Below, piece after piece: positions 1 to 8,585 of a stretch of 32,894 bases of DNA. The translations under genes and the position numbers were made by a program. This DNA is from Pseudomonadota bacterium (lineage in GTDB: Bacteria > Desulfobacterota > Desulfobacteria > Desulfobacterales > C00003106), in contig JBDRFJ010000121.1 of assembly GCA_043818915.1 (NCBI GenBank), positions 1 through 32,894 on the forward strand, given 5' to 3'. A model generated the notes under the pieces. It was not told the DNA's origin and made no database searches. It worked only from the letters and a program-made list of their open reading frames with translations. Position 1 is the first letter of the stretch. Each line of letters opens with the position of its first letter.

Positions 1-1152
1 GTTGTTGATGATCAGCCCGAGATTTTAGAAGATTACTTAAAAATCTTGGGTTCGTCCACTCATGAGAAAGGGGATGAGCTGACCGCACTGGAAGCGGAGC
101 TTTTTGGCAACCCCAATGATACTGCCCGGATATCTAATATGTCGAGCCTAATAGAAGAAGAGTATACAATAGACACGGCCAGTCAGGGTGCAGAGGCAAT
201 ATCCTCAGTTAAGCAATCAGTTAAAGATAAAGTGCCTTTTGCTGTTGCCTTTATGGATGTAAGAATGCCCCCCGGCATCAACGGTGTTCAGGCCGCTTCC
301 GAGATTCGCAAGATTGATTCGGATATAGAGATCGTCTTTGTCACAGCGTATTCCGATGTCTCTCGGAATGACATCCTGGACCAAATGGGAACTTCCGACA
401 AAATACTCTATATTCGCAAGCCATTTGACGCGGATGAAATAAAACAATTGGCCCTGACATTGACCGAAAAGTGGAATTTAAACAAGACAATCGATAAGAA
501 AACAGAAGAACTAAAACTGACCCACGCCATAACTATGCGTGCTTTAGCCGGACTCGCCGAACTAAGAGATACTGATACAGGGAACCATTTAAAAAGAGTA
601 GCTGAATACTCAAAGTTTATTGCTCAAGAGCTTGGCAAGCTCACAGCACCTAAGTGGTGTAAATATATAACGCCCTTGTATATAGAAGATATCGGTCAAT
701 CAAGTGTATTGCATGATATCGGAAAAGTTGGCATTGCTGATGGCGTCTTGCTCAAAAAAGGCAAGTTGACCTCCTCGGAATTTGAATTAATGAAAAGCCA
801 TTCCACTATCGGAGGAGATGCTTTGGCCGGGGCTGACGAGGAACTGGGAATTCGATCCTTTCTCACCTTGGCGAAAGAGATCGCCTACCACCACCATGAA
901 AAGTACGACGGCACCGGATATCCAAAGGGGCTAAAAGGTGAGGAGATTCCGCTTTCCGCACGGATTGTGGCATTGGCCGATGTCTATGATGCTCTGACGT
1001 CTGATAGACCCTACAGAGAAGCTTTGCCCCATGAAACAGCCGCAGACATAATTACCGGGGATATGGGAAAAAAGCATTTTGATCCAATAGTCTTAGACGT
1101 GTTTATCAATAATCAACATGAATTTAAAAAAATCCGCGAAAAGTATTCCTAG
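1..1152 (+). CDS. Response regulator receiver domain fused to HD-GYP domain (c-di-GMP phosphodiesterase, RpfG-like). The 5' end is truncated by the window edge.
   Basis: Frame 1 is open from base 1 (VVDDQPEILEDYL...), so the gene starts upstream of the window. The receiver region includes FMDVRMP, and the later HD domain carries HDIGK plus HHHEKYDGTGYP (GYP motif). ORF track entry 46..1152 covers the same frame. Confidence 0.85.
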   Translation, partial: VVDDQPEILEDYLKILGSSTHEKGDELTALEAELFGNPNDTARISNMSSLIEEEYTIDTASQGAEAISSVKQSVKDKVPFAVAFMDVRMPPGINGVQAASEIRKIDSDIEIVFVTAYSDVSRNDILDQMGTSDKILYIRKPFDADEIKQLALTLTEKWNLNKTIDKKTEELKLTHAITMRALAGLAELRDTDTGNHLKRVAEYSKFIAQELGKLTAPKWCKYITPLYIEDIGQSSVLHDIGKVGIADGVLLKKGKLTSSEFELMKSHSTIGGDALAGADEELGIRSFLTLAKEIAYHHHEKYDGTGYPKGLKGEEIPLSARIVALADVYDALTSDRPYREALPHETAADIITGDMGKKHFDPIVLDVFINNQHEFKKIREKYS

Positions 1153-1171
1153 GAGGCAATTTCAAAACGTC

Positions 1172-2491
1172 CTATTTCTCCAATGTCAAAAGAACAACTT
1201 CTCCGGGGCAATTAAAACGAAGGGGTACTCCTGACGTGCCAACGCCGGAGCTGGTATAGCCGCGCATATCTCCGTATTTCCAAAGGCCGCCGGCAGTCCT
1301 TCGGGGAGCACGGCTGTGTGTCATAATGGGACCGTCATAGAAGGGGAGACGGATCTGCCCTCCATGGGTATGCCCACAGAGATAAAGGCTGGACATGTGC
1401 TTTGCAGCCTCCTTGTACGCCTCGGGAGAGTGAGCCACAAAAATACTGAAGTCGCTTTTGGGCACCTCCTTGAAGGCCGACCTTAAATCGTGGGATTTAT
1501 AATAGTGCGGGTCATCGACACCTACCAGCCACATGGTTTCCTTGTTACGCTTTAGCGGATAGGCATCGTTTACGAGCATGCATATTCCGGCATCCTCAAG
1601 ATCAGGTATTATCTCAATACAATCATGATTCCCGAGTACACCAAAGATTCCGTCTGTCGCCCTAATGTTCTCAACTACCTGTCGTAAACGCCGAATGGCC
1701 AGATAGGAGGAACCATACATTTCCGTCCGAATATCCCCCCCAATAATACAAACGTCGCATTCAACACGCGAAACAATGTTAATAATACGCTCGGTAAGTC
1801 CGGGCATTCCGTCAATGTGAAGGTCGCACAGAAAAAGGATGCGAAAAGAATCAAATGAGGCGGGGAGGTCAGGGAATTGCATTTCTAATTGATGAAACTT
1901 CACATCAAATGCGTTCCGTACACCGGTATCGTATTGTTTGATAAGCTTAAAAAAACCGGTTATTATCCATTTATAATAGATAATATTTTCAAAATTAAGA
2001 TAGCGTTCCAATGGAGGGAGGGGAATATGGCATGCGCGCCATGCCTTAAAACGAGTACGCGATCTTACGAGTCGTGGATATTTTTCGTGGGGTCTTGGAA
2101 GGATCTCTTTCTTAAAAAAACCAGCTCCAAAATGAGTAATCGGGATAAAAAGGAGAAGCAAAACAATAATCGGAATCCAATCCCATGAAAAGTAATGCTT
2201 AACAAATAAAAGAGGGAAAAGACCTTCCAGTAATTGATCAAGGATCGGTACCGCGGTGCCGGAAGCTAAGCTAAATCTTCTCTTAAGAAAACTGGACAGA
2301 GTATCTCCCAGCATCGAGAAAAATCCAATACAGAATCCCAAGATGGGTGAGAGGCCTAACAATAGGCTGAACAATATCCCGGTTGCTATGCTTCCGACCA
2401 CTCCACGGATGGTCTTGTGGGTGCCCAGCAGAGGTTCCCCATCCATAAATTTTCGATTGCCGTCAAGCGGCCAATTCCATTTGTCTTCCAA
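1172..2491 (-). CDS. Membrane CTP-transferase-like (CarS/DUF46 or CdsA-like) N-terminal domain fused to a calcineurin-like metallophosphoesterase. The start codon is uncertain.
   Basis: The N-terminal ~125 aa have WPLDG...GTHKTIRG, 3-4 TM segments and SFLKRRFSLASGTAVPILDQ, a CTP-transferase-family signature. The C-terminal ~300 aa have metallophosphoesterase motifs (CDLHID, GGDIR, GNHD, GHTHGGQ). The annotated start is a TTG; the frame stays open upstream to a stop at 2645-2647. Confidence 0.7.
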   Translation of the reverse strand: MEDKWNWPLDGNRKFMDGEPLLGTHKTIRGVVGSIATGILFSLLLGLSPILGFCIGFFSMLGDTLSSFLKRRFSLASGTAVPILDQLLEGLFPLLFVKHYFSWDWIPIIVLLLLFIPITHFGAGFFKKEILPRPHEKYPRLVRSRTRFKAWRACHIPLPPLERYLNFENIIYYKWIITGFFKLIKQYDTGVRNAFDVKFHQLEMQFPDLPASFDSFRILFLCDLHIDGMPGLTERIINIVSRVECDVCIIGGDIRTEMYGSSYLAIRRLRQVVENIRATDGIFGVLGNHDCIEIIPDLEDAGICMLVNDAYPLKRNKETMWLVGVDDPHYYKSHDLRSAFKEVPKSDFSIFVAHSPEAYKEAAKHMSSLYLCGHTHGGQIRLPFYDGPIMTHSRAPRRTAGGLWKYGDMRGYTSSGVGTSGVPLRFNCPGEVVLLTLEK

Positions 2492-2799
2492 TAAAAGCGC
2501 GAGAATAGGGGGCGCCGCGTTTACGGCAAAGAGAAGGATTATGATTTTGAGACCGACAAGTAAGATGGTGGGTCTCCCGTTTATATAAAAATTAATTCTC
2601 TCGCCCGCTTTCCCGCTTTGCGGGATCGCTCGAGTCCACGGAGGTCACAGAGATGAACAATTTGTCTGATTTTTTGAGAGGAAAAATCAGACAAAACACT
2701 CAGCCACTGACGTGGCATTTGTAATCTGGGTCATGACAACGCGGGACTCAAAAACTCTGAGTCTCTGTGGGCTCTGTGAGAGATAAAATATCCTCTGAT

Positions 2800-3546
2800 T
2801 TACATTGGCGCTGCAAGCAGCATCAAAAATTCCTTATTCCCTTTTGGTCCCAGAATGGGGGAGGGAACAACGCCCCGGATCTTGAGCCCCAGGTCTTGAA
2901 AAAACCGGCTCAGATTTTCAATTACCGCCTGATGTTGGCGTGGATCGCGAACGACCCCTCCCTTTCCTACAAGTCCTTTTCCTACCTCAAACTGGGGCTT
3001 TATAAGAGCGATAATAGATCCGCCGGGTTTTAAGAATTGTAAGACAGCCGGCACAACAATACGAAGTGAAATAAAGGAAACATCAATGGTCACAAGATCG
3101 ATAGGGTAAGGCAGCGCATTGGGCTCAAGGTGGCGAATATTGGTCCGTTCAAACAATGTCACCCTTGAATCCTGGCGAAGCTTCCAATCTAACTGACCGT
3201 ATCCTACGTCAACGCATGTAACCGCGGATACGCCTCTCTGTAGCAGGCAATCAGTGAAACCACCTGTTGAAGCGCCCACGTCAAGACACAGGAGGCCGGA
3301 GACATTTAGTTTGAAATGATCAAGGGCGGCCTCTAATTTGATCCCCCCGCGGCTTACATGCGGAATATCCTTGCCATGAATGGTAAGCGCGGCCCCTGCT
3401 GGAACCTTGGCGCCCACCTTGTCTATAATCTCTCCGTTTACAAATATCTTGCCGGCAAGGATCAATGCCTGTGCACGCTGCCTGCTTTTTGCCAATCCCT
3501 GTTCCACCAAGAGAAGATCGATACGCTTTTTTTCAATCAAGGCCAT
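2800..3546 (-). CDS. tlyA: TlyA-family rRNA (cytidine-2'-O)-methyltransferase (hemolysin A-like), S4 domain plus FtsJ-like methyltransferase
   Basis: An S4-like N-terminus (RIDLLLVEQGLAKSRQRAQALI) is followed by the SAM-binding motif LDVGASTGGFTDCLLQRG. Length is 248 aa. It sits downstream of dxs in the same orientation. Confidence 0.9.
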   Translation of the reverse strand: MALIEKKRIDLLLVEQGLAKSRQRAQALILAGKIFVNGEIIDKVGAKVPAGAALTIHGKDIPHVSRGGIKLEAALDHFKLNVSGLLCLDVGASTGGFTDCLLQRGVSAVTCVDVGYGQLDWKLRQDSRVTLFERTNIRHLEPNALPYPIDLVTIDVSFISLRIVVPAVLQFLKPGGSIIALIKPQFEVGKGLVGKGGVVRDPRQHQAVIENLSRFFQDLGLKIRGVVPSPILGPKGNKEFLMLLAAPM

Positions 3547-3587
3547 TATTTTATAATTATATTATCAGAAGGAAAGTGTCAAAGGTC

Positions 3588-3768
3588 GAGGATAGAGGTC
3601 AGAAGACAGAGGTCAGAGCGCCTGCGGCGGAGAGGTGAAACGAAAGAAGATGAGAAGTTGTGAAGGTGAGAAGGTGGGACTTTTCCCCAACTTCCCAGCC
3701 TCCCATCTACCCATCTTCATCAGTTCCGTTCTCTGACCTCTATTCTCTGACCTCTATTCTCTGTCCTC
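3588..3768. repeat. Long imperfect palindromic element. The arms are built from tandem GAGGTCAGA-type units around a GGGACTTTTCCCC centre. The right arm forms the last ~14 codons of dxs.
   Basis: The left arm 3588-3620 (gaggatagaggtcagaagacagaggtcagagcg) is the near-perfect reverse complement of the right arm 3729-3768 (gttctctgacctctattctctgacctctattctctgtcctc). Inner purine-rich and pyrimidine-rich segments are also roughly complementary. Confidence 0.75.
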
Positions 3769-5639
3769 AACTTCAGCGCGGCATTCACGACGGCGGCAGC
3801 ATCGATTCCATATTTTTCACGGAGTATTTTTTGGGGGCCGTGCTCTATGAATTGGTCTGGAAGGCCTATCCGGGCTACCCTTGTTCCGGTTATGCCGGAG
3901 TCCGTTAAACATTCCAGCACAGCACTTCCAAAGCCTCCTTGTATTACGTTGTCTTCAACGGTCACTATATTATGAATTCTTTGTGCCAATGAAAGTATTA
4001 ATTCAGAATCGAGCGGTTTAACAAAGCGGCTGTTTACCACGGTGGCAGAAATATTCTGTTCTGCAAGCATCTTCGCAGCATCAATAGCCGGCCCAACGGT
4101 TATACCGATTGCCAGAATCAGCACATCACTACCCTCGGTCAGAACTTCCCCCTTTCCTATGGGAAGGGACTCAATTGTCGATTTCAGCGTGACTCCGAGA
4201 CCACATCCTCTTGGATAGCGGTAGGCAATGGGACCGTCATATTCAAATGCGGTACACATCATTCTGCGCAACTCATTCTCATCCTTAGGGGCCATTACAA
4301 CCATATTCGGCATGCTTCTCAGATAGGAGAAATCAAATACGCCCTGATGTGTCGGACCGTCATCTCCCACAATTCCTCCACGGTCAACAGCAAAAATAAC
4401 CGGAATGCGTTCAAGGCAAACATCGTGCAATATTTGGTCATAAGCCCGTTGCAAGAAGGTAGAATAGATTGCCACTACAGGATGAAATCCTTCAGTAGCC
4501 ATTCCTGCGGCAAAGGTAACCCCGTGCTGCTCGGCAATGCCTACATCAAAAAAACGATCCGGGAAAAGCTCTGCGAACTCTGTTAGACCGGTCCCTTCCG
4601 GCATAGCCGCGGTGATGGCCACGATTTTTTCATTTTTTCGGGCACATGCGATCATGGTATCGCCGAAGACCTTGGTATAGGTAGGAATACGCCTTTTAGA
4701 AACACAATTGCCCGTTTTAATCTCAAAACCTCCTACGCCGTGGAAATAGGTGGGGTTTTCTTCCGCGGGGGGATAACCTTTCCCTTTCTTGGTGGTTACA
4801 TGGAGCAGAACAGGCTCTTCCATGGTTTGTATGTTGCGAAGCGTGGGAATCAGATGATCGAAACGATGCCCCTTTATAGGGCCAAGGTAATCAAAATTAA
4901 AGGCCTCAAACAATATCCCCGGCGTAAGAAAACTTTTGAACGAATCTTCTGTTCGCTTGGCCAGTTGGTACATGTTGTCGCCGACCCGTGGAAGAGACTT
5001 GAGGAAATCTCCAAAATCACGTTTTAGGTTCATGAAATGTTTGGCGGAAAGTTTCCGGCTTAAAAACGATGACAACGCCCCCACGTTTTTGGCTATAGAC
5101 ATTTCGTTGTCATTCAGTATTACGATGAGGTCCTTGTGGATATGCCCGGCCTGGTTCAGCCCTTCATAGGCGAGTCCTGCCGTCATTGATCCATCGCCGA
5201 TTACAACGATTATCTTGGAGCGGTCTTTCTTGAGACGTTTGGCACAAAGCATACCAAGTCCCGCGGAAATTGACGTGCTGCTATGGCCGGTAGAAAAGGA
5301 GTCATAGGTACTTTCGCTCATTCGGGTAAAACCGCTCAGCCCGCCATGCTGCCTTAGGGTGCTAAAACGGTCTCTTCGCCCGGTAAGTATTTTGTGTGTA
5401 TAAGACTGATGTCCTACATCCCAGATTATCTTGTCTGTTGGCGCGTCAAAGACATAATGGAGTGCAATGGTCAATTCTACCACGCCAAGGCTTGGAGCAA
5501 GATGCCCTCCGGTTCTGGAAACGGTTTTAATTATAATCTCCCGGATTTCCTGTGCCAGCAAGGGCAGTTCAGATTCATCTAATTTTTTAAGATCCTGCGG
5601 AGAATTGATTTTATCTAAGTATTTCATATCATCTGTCAT
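3720..5639 (-). CDS. dxs: 1-deoxy-D-xylulose-5-phosphate synthase
   Basis: Full-length (639 aa) transketolase-like protein with the TPP-binding region [19 protein letters not shown] and [14 protein letters not shown]. Gene order is conserved with ispA and xseB. Confidence 0.95.
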   Translation of the reverse strand: MTDDMKYLDKINSPQDLKKLDESELPLLAQEIREIIIKTVSRTGGHLAPSLGVVELTIALHYVFDAPTDKIIWDVGHQSYTHKILTGRRDRFSTLRQHGGLSGFTRMSESTYDSFSTGHSSTSISAGLGMLCAKRLKKDRSKIIVVIGDGSMTAGLAYEGLNQAGHIHKDLIVILNDNEMSIAKNVGALSSFLSRKLSAKHFMNLKRDFGDFLKSLPRVGDNMYQLAKRTEDSFKSFLTPGILFEAFNFDYLGPIKGHRFDHLIPTLRNIQTMEEPVLLHVTTKKGKGYPPAEENPTYFHGVGGFEIKTGNCVSKRRIPTYTKVFGDTMIACARKNEKIVAITAAMPEGTGLTEFAELFPDRFFDVGIAEQHGVTFAAGMATEGFHPVVAIYSTFLQRAYDQILHDVCLERIPVIFAVDRGGIVGDDGPTHQGVFDFSYLRSMPNMVVMAPKDENELRRMMCTAFEYDGPIAYRYPRGCGLGVTLKSTIESLPIGKGEVLTEGSDVLILAIGITVGPAIDAAKMLAEQNISATVVNSRFVKPLDSELILSLAQRIHNIVTVEDNVIQGGFGSAVLECLTDSGITGTRVARIGLPDQFIEHGPQKILREKYGIDAAAVVNAALKLRTENRGQRIEVRERN

Positions 5640-5685
5640 CTGTCATTAAAAATCGGATAAATCCTATTGCCGTCTTGTCAAGTGA

Positions 5686-6576
5686 CTATCTCTTTCTTTT
5701 TATTATATACCTTGCCAGTTCCCGCAACGGTTCTCCTCTTTTATCAAAGATAGTCAAAGTCTGCAAGGCACTTGCCACCAGATCTTGCCCTTTTTCTTTT
5801 GCCTTGCTTATTCCGAGCAAAAGAGGGTAGGTGGCCTTTTCCCGGTCAAGGTCCGTACCGGTCTTTTTACCCATTCGCTCTTGTGAGCCCTCTATATTTA
5901 ATATGTCATCATATACCTGGAAGGCGAGCCCGATAAATTTTCCATATTCTGAAAGCGCCTTGATTTCATTGTTTGTACCTCCTCCAAGAATAGCTCCGCT
6001 TCTAACAGACACTTCAATAAGCGCGCCTGTTTTTAGCCTATGCATCCTTTCAAGCTCTCCAAGCCCGACATTCTTTCCCTCTGAGTCGATATCGAGCATC
6101 TGCCCCTGAATCATTCCAGCGTATCCTGCCGCTATTGCGATCAGATGGGTTGTCTGCATCCACAATAGGTGATTTGCAGAGATATATTTTGGGTCAGTAA
6201 GAATTTCAAATGCAGCCGTAAGAAGAGCGTCACCGGCAAGGATAGCCGTGGCTTCTCCGTAAACCTTGTGACTGGTCGGTTTCCCGCGCCGAAGATCGTC
6301 ATTGTCCATAGCGGGCAGGTCGTCGTGAATAAGTGAATAGGTATGAATCAATTCAAGAGCGCATGCCGCATGTATTACGTCCTCCTGGCTTCCTCCCACT
6401 GCCTCTGAGGCAGCTATGCAAAGAATAGGGCGCAGTCGTTTTCCGCCCGCCATAAGGGAATAGCGCATTGCGTTAAGCAACCAGGAGGGATCCTCCATGC
6501 TATCCCATAATCTCTCTAATTTTTCCTCGACAAGCTTACGTTTTATGCGAAGATATTCTTTAAGATCAATCGACAT
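5686..6576 (-). CDS. ispA: Farnesyl-diphosphate synthase / geranyltranstransferase
   Basis: First aspartate-rich motif LIHDDLPAMDNDDLRRGKPT and second motif YDDILN. Length is 296 aa. It overlaps xseB by 11 bp. Confidence 0.92.
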   Translation of the reverse strand: MSIDLKEYLRIKRKLVEEKLERLWDSMEDPSWLLNAMRYSLMAGGKRLRPILCIAASEAVGGSQEDVIHAACALELIHTYSLIHDDLPAMDNDDLRRGKPTSHKVYGEATAILAGDALLTAAFEILTDPKYISANHLLWMQTTHLIAIAAGYAGMIQGQMLDIDSEGKNVGLGELERMHRLKTGALIEVSVRSGAILGGGTNNEIKALSEYGKFIGLAFQVYDDILNIEGSQERMGKKTGTDLDREKATYPLLLGISKAKEKGQDLVASALQTLTIFDKRGEPLRELARYIIKRKR

Positions 6577-6805
6577 CGGAATCTTTTTCTGTTTCAGATA
6601 TAAAATCTACCTCTTTTTCTTCGCTTTGTACAAGTATCGAGACCTTCTTTTCAATCTCATCCAGCTTGTTCGAACAAAATCTCGAAAGTTTTATTCCTTC
6701 TTCAAACTTTTTAAGAGAATCCTCAAGGGATAGTTCTCCTGTCTCAAGCTCTTTTACAATATCTTCGAGACGTTTCATCGAAGTCTCAAATTTCTGTTTC
6801 GCCAT
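6566..6805 (-). CDS. xseB: Exodeoxyribonuclease VII small subunit
   Basis: 79-aa coiled-coil protein: FETSMKRLEDIVKELETGELSLEDSLKKFEEGIKLSRFCSNKLDEIEKKV. It lies immediately downstream of xseA. Confidence 0.9.
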   Translation of the reverse strand: MAKQKFETSMKRLEDIVKELETGELSLEDSLKKFEEGIKLSRFCSNKLDEIEKKVSILVQSEEKEVDFISETEKDSDVD

Positions 6806-6808
6806 ATG

Positions 6809-8083
6809 TTACTTCCTTTCTACTCGACAGACCATCTTCCCTCGAGCAACTATCACCTCAATCTGTTGCCCCACAGAAACAGTTTGTACATCTCTTATGA
6901 CCCTATAGTCTGGAAGTGACCTGGCAATACTGTATCCCCGGCTCAGCGTGGAAAGAGGGCTAAGGGAATCGAGCTTGCCGGCCACCGCATGAAGAATCCC
7001 TCGATGGTATTCAAGGCGCCGCTGTATGCTTTGGCAAAACCTTTCGTGCCAGAAGTTTCGCCTGTCTCCGGCTTTACGGATATCACTCGAGAATGAATAA
7101 ACAATTCTCGAGAGATTGTCGTCCACACGAAGCCGCAGGTTCTCAATCTGTTTTCCGGGATCCGACAGTCGTTTTGCAAGATGGTATATGTGCTCGCGAA
7201 GTCCGCTGATTTTATTCAAAAGGGTAATTCTAAGTGAGTCGGCCATATCGGCGGTGCGCGCTAACAAATCCGCTTTGCGCGGAACTACGAGTTCAGCTGC
7301 GGCCGAAGGAGTAGGGGCCCTCAAGTCAGCCACAAAATCAGAAATCGTGTAATCGGTTTCGTGCCCGACAGCCGAAACAACAGGAATATGAGATTTATAA
7401 ATCGCACGAGCGACCTTTTCGGTATTAAAAGGTTGGAGGTCCTCTAATGAGCCGCCGCCTCGCGCAAGGATAATCACATCAATGTCATCCCGCTTATTAA
7501 ACAATGCTAAGGCGTTTACGATCTCTTCGTCCGCGCCGTCACCCTGTACGCGCACCGGTGCGATTAATAAGGTCATGTTATCGAACCTGCGCCGCGCGAC
7601 ATTGATAATATCTCGAATGACCGCACCGGTTGGCGAGGTTACTACACCTATTTTTTCAGGCAGAACCGGAAGAGGGCGTTTATGAACCTCGTCAAAGAGT
7701 CCTTCATTTGAGAGTTTTTCCTTGAGTTGTTCAAAGGCGAGTTGAAGTGCGCCGATACCTTTTGGTTCCATAACCTCCAGAATAATCTGGTAGGCGCCTC
7801 GTGGCTCAAACACCGTGATTCTGCCCATGGCAATCACTTCCATGCCGTCTTCGGGCTGAAACTTCAGAAATCGGTTTTGACCGCGAAACATTACCGAATT
7901 GATCTGGGCCTCAGGATCTTTTAATGTGAAATAAAAATGGCCCGAGGTCGGAACACGAAAATTAGAGATTTCACCGGTGACCCAGACAAAAGGATAGGCT
8001 TCTTCCAAAAGAGACTTAATGGAGTGAGTTAGTTCGGAAACGGTATATATGCGCTGTTCCAATTGAGTGGAAAAATTGTCCAT
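6809..8083 (-). CDS. xseA: Exodeoxyribonuclease VII large subunit
   Basis: 424 aa with an OB-fold N-terminus (VWVTGEISNFRVPTSGHFYFTLKD) and a catalytic region (ARGGGSLEDLQPFN). It is first in the xseA-xseB-ispA-dxs-tlyA operon. Confidence 0.93.
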   Translation of the reverse strand: MDNFSTQLEQRIYTVSELTHSIKSLLEEAYPFVWVTGEISNFRVPTSGHFYFTLKDPEAQINSVMFRGQNRFLKFQPEDGMEVIAMGRITVFEPRGAYQIILEVMEPKGIGALQLAFEQLKEKLSNEGLFDEVHKRPLPVLPEKIGVVTSPTGAVIRDIINVARRRFDNMTLLIAPVRVQGDGADEEIVNALALFNKRDDIDVIILARGGGSLEDLQPFNTEKVARAIYKSHIPVVSAVGHETDYTISDFVADLRAPTPSAAAELVVPRKADLLARTADMADSLRITLLNKISGLREHIYHLAKRLSDPGKQIENLRLRVDDNLSRIVYSFSSDIRKAGDRRNFWHERFCQSIQRRLEYHRGILHAVAGKLDSLSPLSTLSRGYSIARSLPDYRVIRDVQTVSVGQQIEVIVARGKMVCRVERK

Positions 8084-8128
8084 TGTGGAACCGATTTATA
8101 GCACAGAGTCCGGATGACAACAATAAAG

Positions 8129-8226
8129 AAATTTAGGAATTTAGGGATTTAGGAATTGGGGATTTTTCCCCTCCGTCAAGTTCTTATAATCCTTCAATCC
8201 CCACATTCCTTAATCCCTAAATTCCT
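8129..8226. repeat. Inverted pair of the dispersed AATCCCC-AATTCCTAAATCCCT-AATT motif flanking a GGGGATTTTTCCCC centre. It lies ~45 bp upstream of the xseA start.
   Basis: 8129-8165 reads aaatttaggaatttagggatttaggaattggggatt. Its reverse complement matches 8196-8226, aatccccacattccttaatccctaaattcct. The arms are built from TTAGGGAT/TTAGGAAT 8-mers. Confidence 0.75.
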
Positions 8227-8280
8227 ATAACGTCTGATAATGTATATTATGTAAACTTTGGCCTGGATGCAATCATATCT

Positions 8281-8583
8281 TCAAATCCCCGGCTTCCCAG
8301 ATCCTGAATCACCAAATTGTTCCCCTTTCCTTTCAAGAATATTTCTGATCGCCGGTGTCAGGTATACATTATCAAGGTTCATACGGTTCAAACATGCGGC
8401 CAAAAGTTCGATTCTCCCGTCAAACGGTTCAGTCTTGTCGATGACAACAATATAGCGCCCCCCTGTTTTGCAAATTCCGCTTTTTGTGGGGGGATTTGTC
8501 GTCTTAAGGTTCCGCTCGGACACCACCACTCCGAGCTTTTCAGCCACCGAGCGCAATTCGCTATAGATCCTTTCTGGCTCCAC
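8281..8583 (-). CDS. Small hypothetical protein (100 aa), family not recognised
   Basis: A clean ORF lying 2 bp downstream of the stop codon of the upstream dGTPase-like gene on the same strand. It has no matching antisense gene. No motif recognised. Confidence 0.45.
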   Translation of the reverse strand: MEPERIYSELRSVAEKLGVVVSERNLKTTNPPTKSGICKTGGRYIVVIDKTEPFDGRIELLAACLNRMNLDNVYLTPAIRNILERKGEQFGDSGSGKPGI

Positions 8584-8585
8584 TG

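Noticed and set aside
217-447. 76-aa minus-strand ORF inside the HD-GYP regulator gene
   Set aside because: It is entirely antisense to a well-supported receiver domain, has no motifs and shows shadow-ORF composition.
1889-2588. Plus-strand ORFs (1889-2188, 2256-2588) opposite the CTP-transferase/phosphoesterase gene
   Set aside because: They are antisense to a gene with clear catalytic motifs. The second is simply the opposite strand of the hydrophobic N-terminal region, giving low-complexity translations.
2636-2655. ggaggtcacagag resembling the GAGGTCAGA unit of the 3.6-kb palindrome
   Set aside because: It is a single partial unit without an inverted partner, so it is likely chance.
2600-2700. 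Possible intrinsic terminators: cccgctttgcggg hairpin (2613-2625) and the gtctgattttt...aaaaatcagac 11-bp stem (2664-2692) downstream of tlyA
   Set aside because: Neither hairpin is followed by a U-tract on the relevant (minus) transcript. The first lies inside the open upstream extension of the 1172-2491 frame. Both are kept only as possible structure, not called as terminators.
4347-5649. Several 60-95-aa plus-strand ORFs within dxs
   Set aside because: Dxs is unambiguous on the minus strand over this span. These are spurious shadow ORFs.
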